Notes under the pieces: generated by a model | Databases searched by the model: none | Seen by the model: only the letters and a program-made list of their open reading frames with translations | Told to the model about the DNA's origin: nothing | Origin: Squalus acanthias | Lineage: Eukaryota | Direction: 5' to 3' | Assembly: GCA_030390025.1 (NCBI GenBank) | Contig: CM059432.1 | Coordinates: forward strand, 113,710,001 to 113,774,000 | Length of the DNA: 64,000 nucleotides | Position numbers and translations under genes: made by a program | Part shown: positions 40,772 through 51,065 of the stretch, in pieces | Layout: each line of letters begins with the position of its first letter | Numbering within the stretch: the stretch's first letter is position 1

Positions 40772-42240
40772 TCACCTCAAATGACAGTATACTAGATTGC
40801 AAGAAGTACAAGTAATTCGCTGTTTCACCTGGAAGGGGTGTTTGGGGCCCTGGAGAGTGGGAAGGGGGGATGTATAAGGGCAGGTGTTGCATCTCCTGCG
40901 TTTGCACGGGAAGGTGCCGGGCGAGGCGGAAGGGGTGCTGGGGGTGATAGAGGAGTGGACTAGGGTGTCTCGGAGGGAGCAGTCCCTACGGAATGCTGAA
41001 AGGGGAGGTGAGAGAAAGATACGTTTGGTGGTGGGATCACGTTGGAGGTGGCGGAAATGGCGGAGGATGATCCGTTGAATGTGGAGGCTGGTGGGGTGAA
41101 AGGTGAGGACAAGGGGAACTCTATCGTGGTTCTGGGAGGGAGGGGCCGGGGTGAGGGCAGAAGTGCGGGAGATAGAACGCACACGGTCGAGGGCCGTGTC
41201 GACCACGGTAGAGGGAAATCCTCGGTTGAGGAAAAAGGAAGACATGTTGGAAGCACTGGTATGGAAGGTGGCATCGTTGGAGCAGATGCAGCAGAGACGG
41301 AGAAACTGGGAGAAGGGAATAGAGTCCTTACAGGAGGCGGGGTGGGAAGAAGTGTAGTCCAAGTAGCTGTGGGAGTCAGTGGGCTTGTAGTGAATGTTGG
41401 TCAATAACCTATCCCCAGAGATGGAGACGGAGAAGTCGAGGAAGGGAAGGGAAGAGTCGGAGATGGACCATGTGCAGGTGAGGGAAGGATGGAAAATGGA
41501 GGCAAAGTGAATGAAATTGTCTAGTTCAGGGCGAGAGCAGGAAACGGCACCGATACAGTCGTCAATGTACCGGAAAAAGAGGTGAGGGAGGGGACCCGAG
41601 TAGGACTGGAACAAAGAGTGTTCCACATATCCCACGAAAAGGCAGGCATAGCTAGGACCCATGCGGGTACCCATAGCAACACCTTTGATTTGGAGGAAAT
41701 GAGTGGAGTCAAAGGAGAAGTTGTTCAATGTGAGAACAAGTTCAGCCAGGCGGAGGAGGGTGCTGGTGGATGGGGACTGGTTGGGCCTCTGTTCAAGGAA
41801 GAAGCAGAGCGCCCTCAGGCCATCCTGGTGGGGGATGAAGGTGTAGAGGGATTGTACGTCCATAGTGAAAAGGAGGCGGTTGGGGCCAGGAAACTGGAAA
41901 CTGTTAAAGTGGCGGAGGGCGTCAGAGGAATCGCGGAAGTAGGTGGGAAGAGACTGGACAAGGGGAGAAAAAATAGAGTCGAGATAGGAAGAGATAAGTT
42001 CCGTGGGGCAAGAACAGGCTGAAACGATGGGTCTACCAGGGCAGTCCTGTTTGTGGATCTTGGGAAGGAGGTAGAAGCGGGCTGTGCGGGGTTGGGGAAC
42101 TATGAGGTTGGCGGTCGTGGGGGGAAGATCTCCAGAGGAAATTAGGTCAGTGACAGTCTTGGAATCGGTGGCTTGATGTTCGGTAGTGGGGTCATGGTCC
42201 AGGTGGAGGTAGGAGGAGGTGTCGGAGAGTTGCCGTTCAA
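40772..42240 (-). pseudogene. Penelope-like reverse transcriptase fragment (RT, thumb and CxxxxCxxC linker), truncated at the start of GIY-YIG
   Basis: MDVQSLYT, QIKGVAMGTRMGPSYACLF, FFRYIDD, LPFLD, YKPTDSHSYLDYTSSHP and CKRRRCNTC motifs; homology continues upstream of the annotated ATG at 41863. Confidence 0.92.
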
Positions 42241-42755
42241 CTATCCATCATTTTAATTCACCTCTTCACGCCCACTCAGACCTCACCATCCTCGGCCTCG
42301 TGCATTGTTCCACGGAAGCTCAGCGTAAGCTCGAGGAACAGCACCTCATCTTCCGATTAGGCACTTTACAGCCTTCCGGACTCAATATCGAGTTCAAGGG
42401 GTAGAAATTAGGTCGCGCCCCATTTGGGGCGCAAATATCGTCCGGACGCAAATATTAGCGCCTGGCGCTAATTATCGGCACTGACAGGAAACTTCACTTT
42501 TACCGCCCCGGGAGGTGAGTGGAGCGCTAAAGCAGGCGCGGCACACCTGTCTTAAGGCGCAAAGGCCAAGGAGTGAGGCGCTAACTCAGCGCGCGAGCGC
42601 AGCGCAGCTGCTGCCAGTTAGCGAGGGAACACAGACACACTGGCGCCGGACACTTCTTAAAGCGGGGGGGGGCCACTTGCTCCCCAGCCACACCCTGCTC
42701 ATTGCAGCCTTGAATCTCAGCCTGGAGAGACCTGTAATCCATTTTGCTGCCAAGC

Positions 42756-44686
42756 ATGGAGAGGGTGAGAGAACGCACTCATCGCTTCACCGAGCGGGCC
42801 TTGGATGCTCTGGTTGACGCAGTGGAGCGCAGACGATGCATGCTGTTCCCGGAGAGTGGCAGGAGGCCTTTGCCACGCGAGTTCAGAAGAGTGTGGAGGG
42901 AGGTGGCTCAGAGCGTCTCCTCCAGGAGCATGGTGCCCAGGACCCATGTTCAATGCCGCAAAAAGTTCAACGACCTCACTCGGGTCGTCAGGGTGAGTGG
43001 CTTTTTCTCAATACCTCTCCATCCCTCCATCTCAACCTCACTCTATGGCCAGAGGGTCTTAAAACCCCAATGCACAACACTCATCCAACACCTATGGCCT
43101 TTTCATCAAACACACACACACATTCTACACTTTGCATACAGTAAGGGCTATTCACCTATGGGAGGCACATCAGGCAAGACCATGGCTGTATATTGTAAGG
43201 GCTATTCACCTATGGGAGGCACATCAGGCAAGACCATGGCTGTATATTGTAAGGGCTATTCACCTATGGGAGGCACATCAGGCAAGACCATGGCTGTATA
43301 TTGTAAGGGCTATTCACCTATGGGAGGCACATCAGGCAAGACCATGGCTGTATATTTACTCAGATGCTGTCCTTTTTCTTGCAGGCTAAGCTGGCTCATA
43401 ATCGGAGACAGCAGCAACGGACGGGTGGAGGGCGGCTTCAGCTGCAACCCCTCAGCGATCTGGAGGAGCGCGTCCACAGGATTGTGGCAAGCCGGGTGAT
43501 CGGTCCCGTCGCCACTGGAGACGCCGACCCCGTTGTGGACAGCAATGGTAAGGTCATCACCTTTTTGTCCTCTGTCCTTCCACTTGTCCCTCACAATACC
43601 AGCCTTTGACACTTTCAATCCAACTTGCTAACTCGCTGCACTTATTCCTCCCTTACTGCCACCCTGTCCTCACGCTAAAGCCACTCTTGTACCTCCCTGC
43701 TTTCAGATGGTGATTCACCAGCTGAGGAGACGGGCCCTCAAGCTGCCACTGGGAGTGATGCTGCAGCCGAGGAGGAAGAGGAAGCCGGAGCATCAGTGCC
43801 ACCCTCTCCCGAGGAAGCCCATGCCCACACTGGGAACACGCCTTCCCCGGAGGGGAGCAGGGGGGAAGGGGCTGATGATGGTGAAGCTCCAGGACCCAGC
43901 GGGCTGCAGCAACGCCATGGGGGGGGTAGGGAAGAACGGGGGCCTTCTCCCCAGAGGGAGAATATGCCAGACACTCCTACTGCAATGGACGCAGAGGAGG
44001 AGCGGCTGATTGCAGAAATGAACAGCCAGGCGGTGGGCATGCACACTGAGCTCATGGTTGCAGTGGGAAGGGTGCCCGAATGCATTGAGTCACTGGCAAG
44101 GAGTGTGGAGCACTTCGCTGTAGCACAGGCGGATGCCACACTAACGCTTAGTGCTGCAATTCAGTCACTGGCTGCCGTGATCCCACCTCTGACTGCTCTC
44201 ATACAGACTCAGATGGAGGCCACGCGAGCACAGACTGCTGCCAACCTCGATGGTTCGTGCACATGTCCCCGGGGCTGTCACCGCGCCGCAGCAGGCCAGC
44301 AATCTGTTCTCCGGCAGATTGCTCCGGATGCTGAAGTGCTGCCCCGTGGGAGTGCCAGTGTGTCGGGCGAGCAGGGAGTTGCTGTCCTCTCTCACGATGA
44401 CAGCATTCCTGCTGCCAACACTGTCACTTCTCCACTGCACTTGCCACCGCCTGTAGGACAGACTGCTGCCGCCCATGCAGAGTTGGTGCAGTCTGCAGCC
44501 GGGCCCTCCAGGCCCAGAAGTGGTCGAGGCCGTCCTTCAGGGGCATCTGCAGTGTCAGGGTCTGACGAGCAGCAGCCTTCCACCAGCCTTGCTGCAGCCA
44601 CTGAGGTCCCATTACGGAGGAGCAGTAGGGTTGGAAGGGGGGAAGTGCGCAAGGGAAGGAGATCACCCTCGAAGGGCAAAAAGTAG
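42756..44686 (+). CDS. Harbinger Myb/SANT (trihelix, NAIF1/MSANTD-like) DNA-binding protein; predicted exons 42756-42992, 43385-43547, 43707-44686; 459 aa
   Basis: Exon 1 MERVRERTHRFTERALDALV...VWREVA...RTHVQCRKKFNDL. GT-AG junctions AGG|gtgagt, ttgcag|GCT, AATG|gtaagg, tttcag|AT keep one frame (237+163+980=1380 nt) to TAG. RTGGG motif in exon 2; basic C-terminus. Confidence 0.88.
43141..43356. repeat. 4 x 54-bp perfect tandem repeat in intron 1 of the Myb gene
   Basis: GTAAGGGCTATTCACCTATGGGAGGCACATCAGGCAAGACCATGGCTGTATATT at 43141, 43195, 43249 and 43303. Confidence 0.97.
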
Positions 44687-44978
44687 GAGGTGTGCCAAAA
44701 TGCTGGTCATTTTTTTATTAAAGGCCGAGGGTCGTGGTCCAACTTTTGTTTAGTGTTTTGGACATTATCTCCAGGTTGTGAGAACCAGTTATGTTATTGA
44801 CTGTTTTTTTGTGTTTATTTCTATGAGTTTGTCATGAGGAATTGACACACAGAGTTTGTAAAATAAATAAGTTTCTGTTTTCAAAATATACATGGCTGGT
44901 GCTTGGAATTATTGGTGCCTTGGCCGGCTTAGGGGTTGCGTGCTGGGTTGATTAGTGTTTGTAGCAATGGCAGGGGCC

Positions 44979-46139
44979 CTAGAAGCGGCTTGCTATTAGT
45001 CGTTGACGGACGGCCCTTGCAGTTTGACCATTGTGGGCCGCCCTCCCGCCTTGGTGCTGCTGATGATCATCGTCCTCGTCCTCTTCCTCCTCTTCCTCCT
45101 CCTCCTCTGGTGGTGCTGCAAGGCCTGGTGGCATTGGCTGGGTCCTGAGGATTGCCATGTTGTGCAACATGCAGCACACGACTACGAAGTTCGAAACTTG
45201 CTCAGGCGAGTACTGCAGGGCTCCTCCGGAATGGTCCAGACAGCGGAACCGTTGTTTCAGCACGCCGATTGTGCGCTCAATAATGTTCCTGGTTGCTTGA
45301 TGGCTTTCATTGTACCGCAGCTCAGCAGGGGTGTTTGGCGTACGGAGCGGTGTCATCAGCCAGGTGCTCAATGCGTACCCCTTGTCCCCCAGAAGCCAAC
45401 CAACTGGCTGATGCGGTGCCTCGAAAACTTCTGCCACAGTAGTCTGGCGCAGGATGAAAGCATCGTGGCAGCTGCCCGGATAGTGGGCATTGACAGCGAG
45501 TATCACCTGTCTGTGGTCACAGACCAACTGCACATTCAAGGAATGGAACCCCTTCCTGTTCCTGAATTCCTCTGCATTCTCTCGCGGAGCACGCAAAGCC
45601 ACATGCGTGCAGTCAATGGCGCCCTGCACCATGGGGAAGCCCGCTACCCTCGCAAAGCCCAGAGCACGGTCACGCTGCTTGTCTGGGGTCATAGGGAAAG
45701 AGATGAAGTCTCGTCTCCTTCTGAAGAGGGCATTGGTGACCTGACGGATGCAGCGATGCACCGCAAACTGGGAGATATTGGCGAGGTCCCCAGCAGCAGC
45801 TTGGAATGAGCCAGTGGCGTAGAAGTTCAAAGCCACTGTGACCTTCACTGCCACCGACAGAGACGTCCTGGACCTCAGCTGAGGCTGCAGATCTGGCTGC
45901 AGCAGGTGGCAGAGCTCAGTGACCACCTCCTTGCTGAATCGCAGCCTCCGCAAACACAGCTCCTCGGACATATGGATGTAGGAGAGCTGTTCACGATGTA
46001 CCCTGGGAGGGTAAGCTCTCCTGTACATGCGCCTGATGGCCCTCCTCCGTCTGGCCATCATTGCCACTCTCTGTCTGCGTCTCTGTATCCTCCGATTCAG
46101 CTGGAGCAGGACGACGCCCCCAATCATTGCAGCCCCCAT
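44979..46139 (-). CDS. Harbinger DDE transposase (HARBI1-like), 386 aa from the likely start MGAAM; the ORF is open to 46208
   Basis: Uninterrupted ORF with GAIDCTH, NRKGFHSLNVQLVCD, YPGSCHDA, LLGDKGY and IERTIGVLKQRFRCL motifs, an N-terminal HTH-like region (VAVKVTVALNFYATGSFQ) and an acidic tail. Confidence 0.95.
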   Translation of the reverse strand: MGAAMIGGVVLLQLNRRIQRRRQRVAMMARRRRAIRRMYRRAYPPRVHREQLSYIHMSEELCLRRLRFSKEVVTELCHLLQPDLQPQLRSRTSLSVAVKVTVALNFYATGSFQAAAGDLANISQFAVHRCIRQVTNALFRRRRDFISFPMTPDKQRDRALGFARVAGFPMVQGAIDCTHVALRAPRENAEEFRNRKGFHSLNVQLVCDHRQVILAVNAHYPGSCHDAFILRQTTVAEVFEAPHQPVGWLLGDKGYALSTWLMTPLRTPNTPAELRYNESHQATRNIIERTIGVLKQRFRCLDHSGGALQYSPEQVSNFVVVCCMLHNMAILRTQPMPPGLAAPPEEEEEEEEEDEDDDHQQHQGGRAAHNGQTARAVRQRLIASRF

Positions 46140-46333
46140 ATTCTCTTTGCCAGAAAAGTAATGAGGTACAGCAACTAAAGTAGCAACAAAGTTAGGATGA
46201 ATAGGCAAAACTACCTCACAAAGCGTTGAGTCAATGTAGAAGTCTCTCTCTCTCTCTCCCCGAATCTCTCTCTCTCTCTCAGAACGAGTGGTGCATAAAT
46301 GTCGACCACAGAAAAAGACAGGAAGAGGCCCCC

Positions 46334-46478
46334 TTTAAATAGCGCCCCCCCCAGCCCCACACCGATTGATAACGTTCCAGTCTTCCGGTCGTTGGAAGCG
46401 CCAGGCGGTAAGGCAGGGGGCGCCACTCAATTTCCGCTACGGGGCGCCCCAAGGGCGTTGCACCATGGAATGACGTCA
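46334..46478 (-). promoter_or_regulatory. Putative transposase promoter: TATA-like TATTTAAA plus CRE palindrome TGACGTCA
   Basis: TATTTAAA on the minus strand at 46334-46341 and TGACGTCA at 46471-46478, upstream of the transposase; both recur in the related element at 21674. Confidence 0.5.
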
Positions 46479-46943
46479 CAATCTGCGCGCGCAGGTGGTC
46501 GCAGCGGTAAGTTTTAGCGCCGCCGCACAATCTCAAGTTAAGTTCTCGAGCGGCGCAAACAGCGCTGCGCCCGGGCGTTAGCGGCTTAACGCCCCATTAG
46601 CGCCCTCTTAAGGCGCTAACGGGAGGCGCAACCAAGTGAATTTTTACCCCCAACAACCTCGGCCCCTACCATACATATATACATTTTATCCACCCTTTTG
46701 GTTTGCGCCTTTTCCCTTTTTTTTCTCTCTCTCCCCACGGCAGCTGTCTCTTATTCTGCCAGCATTTCACACTTCACACTTCTGAGCCACCTTTTGTTTC
46801 TTAACCTGTCCTATTACCATCTCGTCTTGCCTTGAGCATCTCTTAATGTCTCTACTTACCATAGACCACCCCTTTTGTTCTTATATTCCTCCCCCCAGCC
46901 TCCCCCTTGCTTTTTTATCTGTTTCATTTCCTGCTTTTTTCTC

Positions 46944-46980
46944 AGTTCTGATGAAGGGTCTTCGACCTGAAACGTTAACT
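46944..46980 (+). ncRNA. Minimal type I hammerhead ribozyme motif (Penelope family A)
   Basis: AGTT-CTGATGA-A-GGGTC(TTC)GACCT-GAA-ACGT-T-AACT: core boxes, 5-bp helix II, palindromic ACGU in place of helix III, helix I AGUU/AACU. Confidence 0.75.
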
Positions 46981-47128
46981 CTGTTTCTCTCCACGGATGT
47001 TGCCTGGCCTGCTGAGTTTTTCCAGTGTTTTCTGTTGTTGTTGTTTCAATTTTCATTATTCAGCTTACTTAATGTTTCCAGTCACCTTGCATACACTGTA
47101 AGATTTTTGTAAGAGATTGGGGCTGAGA

Positions 47129-48107
47129 TAGAAACATAGAAGATAGGAGCAGGTGTAGGCCATTTGGCCCCTTGAGCCTGCTCCGCCATTCGATGAGATC
47201 ATGGCTGATCATCCAAACTCAGTACCCTGTCCCTGCCTTCTCCTCATATCCCTTGATACCTTTAGCCTTAAGAAATATATCTAACTCCTTCTTGAATATA
47301 TTTACTGACTTGGCCTCAACTGCCTTCTGTGGTAGAGAATTCCACAGGTTCACCACTCTCTGGGTGAAGAAATTCCTCCTCATCTCTGTCCTAAATGGCT
47401 TACCTCTTATCCTTAGACTGTGACCCCCGGTTCTGGACTCACCCGCCATCGGGAACATCCTTCCTGCATCTAGTCTGTCTAGCCCTGTTAGAATTTTATA
47501 AGTTTCAATGAGATCTCCTCTCATTCTTCTAAACTCCAGCGAGTATAAGCCCAATCGACCCAATCTCTCCTCGTACGTCATTCCTGCCATCCCAGGTATC
47601 AGTCTGGTGAATCTTCGCTGCACACCCTCCATGGCAAGAACATCCTTCCTCAGATAAGGCGACCAAAACTGCACACAATACTCAAGGTGTGGTCTCACCA
47701 AAGCCCTGTACAGCTGCAGCAAGACATCCTTGTTCCTGTACTCAAACCCTCTCGCTACGAAGGCAAGCATACCATTTGCCTTCTTAACCGCCTGCTGTAC
47801 CTGCATGCTTACCTTCAGCAACTGGTGCACAAGGACACCCAGGTCTCGTTGCACTTCCCCTTCTCCCAATCTATTGCCGTTCAGATAATAATCTGCCTTT
47901 CTGTTTTTGCCACCAAAGTGGATAACCTCACATTTATCCACATTATACTGCATCTGCCATGCTTTTGCCCAATCATCCAACCTGTCCAAATCATACAGGA
48001 GTTTCTCAGCATCCTCCTCGCAGCACACACGCCCACCCAGCTTTGTGTCATCTGCAAACTTGGAGATATTACATCTAGTTCCCTCGTCTAGATCATTAAT
48101 ATATATA
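47129..48107 (-). mobile_element. Young 5'-truncated CR1
   Basis: Uninterrupted C-terminal ORF2 from IYINDLDEG to the stop; nearly identical to 59678-60657. Confidence 0.93.
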
Positions 48108-49384
48108 GTGTCTGTGATTTTGAGGCTAATTTGATATGAACCATGTAAAAGGGTAGTCGCAGGCAATGTTCCCTCTAACTTTTTTTTGTACTGAGCGGGC
48201 CACGAACTCCTTTGAGTGCGACCTTCTTGTCCGTGGGCAAATTTTCCTTTAACAACAACGACGTTTACAACAACAACTTTTACAACAATGGCAGCAACAG
48301 CCACCTCTTAAAAGCATATTTACAGTAAATGCCATATTGCCACCCCACCGTCTCAAATCATGAGACAATCAGACAAGGTTCGATACAAGTTTAATAAAAC
48401 TTCTTTGCTTTTGAATTCTATTCCTCTAGAAATGAATCCCAGTGCTTTATTTGCACTTTTATGGCTTTTTTAACCTGCATTGCTACTTTTAATGATTTGT
48501 GAATCTATACCGCTAGATCCCTTTGCACCTCTACTCCATTTAGACTCTTATTTTCCAAGGAGTAGGTCGCCTCCTTATTCCTCCTACCAAAATGCACCAC
48601 CTCACACTTATCTATATTGAAATTCATTTGTCATTTACATGCCCATTCTGCAAGTTTGTTTACGGTAGAATTAATTAAAAGCTTTTACAAACATGTACAA
48701 ACTCTATTTAAAATAAATTACTTTTCAGAAATGACTGGGATATAAAAGAACTGCATAATAATGCATTAACACTTCAGAAACGTCACCCATTTACACAGTT
48801 GTGCATCGACAAACAATCTAAAAGCCCAAGGTGAGCTGAAAGAGGCCTATCTATTTGTGCAATTTGTATTCATTTTAAAGTTTTCAAAGTATTGGCCCAT
48901 CCCTCATGTCACTATAGCAGTGGCTGCACAGCAGCAGGAGCAGCGGCTTTCCTATGGCTGACGTGCTGAACGTCCAGATAAGTAATTAGAATATTAATCA
49001 CTGCAATCAGACACCCAACAAATATAAAGTGCTGTAGTTCTTTAGTTCACAGTATTAAAAAGAATTGAACAAAAATGGGTATTTTCAACTTCAATCACTT
49101 CCATTAATAAACGTTGTCTTCTTGAGCCAGCACCCCCCATGTAATATGTCAGAAATGCAGCACTTTTTCACACGTACACAATTTGTGTTACTGAATTAAA
49201 AACAAAAAGCAGGAAAAGCTATGATTTAACAGAAATAAACATTCATCTTTCTTCCTGGACAGAAGAACCAATCAGACTGACTTGGAAATGTTTACTAGTA
49301 TGGTGATGTAAAGATGTTAATTTATGAATTTTGCTTCTAATATTTTGCTCTCAAACATTCTCCACAATATTAATCCCTGCTCTT

Positions 49385-50000
49385 AAGAGTAAGGAAGTCT
49401 TACTACGATTGTACAGGGCTTTGGTGAGACCACACCCAGAGTACTGTGCACAGTTTTGGTCTCCTTACCTGAGGAAGGACATACTTGCCTCAGACACGGT
49501 GCAGCAAAGGTTCACTAGATTGATTCCTGGGATGAGAGGGCTGTCCTATGAGGAGAGATTGTGTAGAATGGGCCTACACGCTCTGGAGTTCAGAAGAATG
49601 AGAGGTGATCTCATTGAAACATACAAGATTCTGAGGGGGATTGACAGAGTAGATGCTGAGAGGTTGTTTCCCCTGGCTGGAGAATCGAGTACTAGGGGCC
49701 ATAGTCTCAGGATAATGGGTCGGCCATTTAAGACTGAGATGAGGAGGAATTTCTTCACTCAGAGGGTTGTGAATCTTTGGAATTCTCTGCCCCAGAGAGC
49801 TGTGGATGCTCAGTTGTTGAGTATATTCAAGGTTGAGATCGATAGATTTTTAGACTCTAGGGGAATCAAGGGATATGGGTATAGGGCATGAAAGTGGAGT
49901 TGAAGTCGATGATCAGCCATGATCTTATTGAATGGTGGAGCAGGCTTCGAGGGGCCAAATGGCCTACTCCTGCTCCTAATTCTTATGCTCTTATGTTCTT
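49385..50000 (+). mobile_element. CR1 3' fragment
   Basis: LYRALVRPHPEYCAQFWSP...RVVNLWNSLP; TCTTATG tail. Confidence 0.9.
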
Positions 50001-50509
50001 ACGCGAAGTGTTTCAGACTTTGCATGTTAAAATTGGGGACCAAAGTGAATGGCCCAAAAACTGGTGTCAAATCAGACAGTTGATCCAAAAGCATTTGAGC
50101 CAGAAACAAAGGGTAGCAGTTATATTTGGGGCAAGTTCTGCAGAATCATTGACATCACTGGCACAACAGGTTTTTTTAAAGGGCCAATCGGGTCCCTTGT
50201 AAATGGGGGCTGATTTTCTGGTAATGTTTGCATTTTTGGCCAACACTCATGCCTGCACCCTCTGGCTAATGGCTTGTTTGGCTGGTTAATGCAGGCAGAC
50301 TGGCTGCTTTGCATAAACCGGGCTGAGAATGAGGAAATTCCTGACATCAGGGCCATTTTTGGGGCAGATGGAAGTTCTGTCTCAAACAAGTCCCCACAGA
50401 AACTACCACCAAAAGCTGAGCCCTGTTGGATCCACGTCCTGGTATAATTTCTGGCCTCTCCAAAGGACTTACCAGTGTGGTCAATAGCCCTGCAGATTAG
50501 TAAAATAAT

Positions 50510-51065
50510 GGCCCAACATTTGCGATCGGAGGCTTCCCGTGGGCGGACACCTCTGGCCTGTAAAAAATCTACGAATGTACTTGGTAGCCCTGGAGGTACG
50601 GAGGCTTGCGATCCTGGGCCTCTCCGGGTATGCGCGGGCAGAGGCCAGGCGAACCAATAAAAGAAGGGAATCCCCATTCATACTTATGGGAGTTGCGTAT
50701 GTACGGAACTACAATAAGTATGAATGGGGATCACTTAAAAAATACACATGAATTACATTTTTTTTATTACATATTTAAAATTAATTAAAATGCCATTTAA
50801 TTAAATATTTTAAACACAAATTTAATTTTTTGAATTAAAAAATATATATATTTTAATGGGGCTAAAAATAAAGTTACCTTATTGGACAGGGTTTTTAATG
50901 TATAAATGAGTGATAAAATTTTATTTTTCTATTTTTTTAAACTCTTATGCTGGTAAAAGCAGGCCTGACGCCCGCTTTTACCAGGCGTAAGAATTTCATT
51001 GGCATTCAGCGGGCAGAAGTTGGCCAAATTGTGCAACTCTCCACCCGCAGAGGTCCATCTCCCGG
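50510..51065. mobile_element. Partial MITE related to 32484-33159 (another fragment near 10090-10165)
   Basis: Same hairpin CTGGTAAAAGCAGGC...GCTTTTACCAGGCGTAAG and AT-rich core; starts GGCCCAACATTTGCG. Confidence 0.6.

Larger units (their letters stand above)
42398..46650. mobile_element. Autonomous PIF/Harbinger DNA transposon (4253 bp), apparently intact
   Basis: TIRs GGGGTAGAAATT / AATTTTTACCCC; 3-bp TSD CAA (42395-42397, 46651-46653); flanks rejoin into a continuous Penelope endonuclease end; two convergent genes; GC/CpG-rich palindromic subterminal regions. Confidence 0.95.
40254..47054. mobile_element. Rearranged Penelope-like element (family A) with inverted terminal pLTRs, interrupted by the Harbinger
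   Basis: 40281-40598 is the near-perfect reverse complement of 46733-47054; 15-bp direct repeat TTTCAATTTTCATTA at 40239-40253 and 47044-47058; internal RT and GIY-YIG pieces. Confidence 0.9.

Noticed and set aside
43141..43356. CRISPR-like array next to a nuclease gene
   Set aside because: Units are contiguous and identical with no spacers; eukaryotic intron context; no cas genes.
42744..43499. 251-aa unspliced ORF as the real Myb protein
   Set aside because: Homology stops at a strong donor (42992); the spliced model gives a longer coherent frame.
45003..45809. 268-aa plus-strand ORF
   Set aside because: Antisense shadow of the GC-rich transposase; no motifs.
42756..46139. Domesticated host genes HARBI1/NAIF1
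   Set aside because: Bounded by TIRs and a TSD, inserted in another transposon, with related MITEs nearby; this is a transposon.
40254..47054. Single composite DNA transposon with long TIRs carrying RT plus transposase
   Set aside because: The inner Harbinger has its own TIRs and TSD and splits the Penelope sequence; the outer arms are PLE terminal repeats, so nesting explains it.
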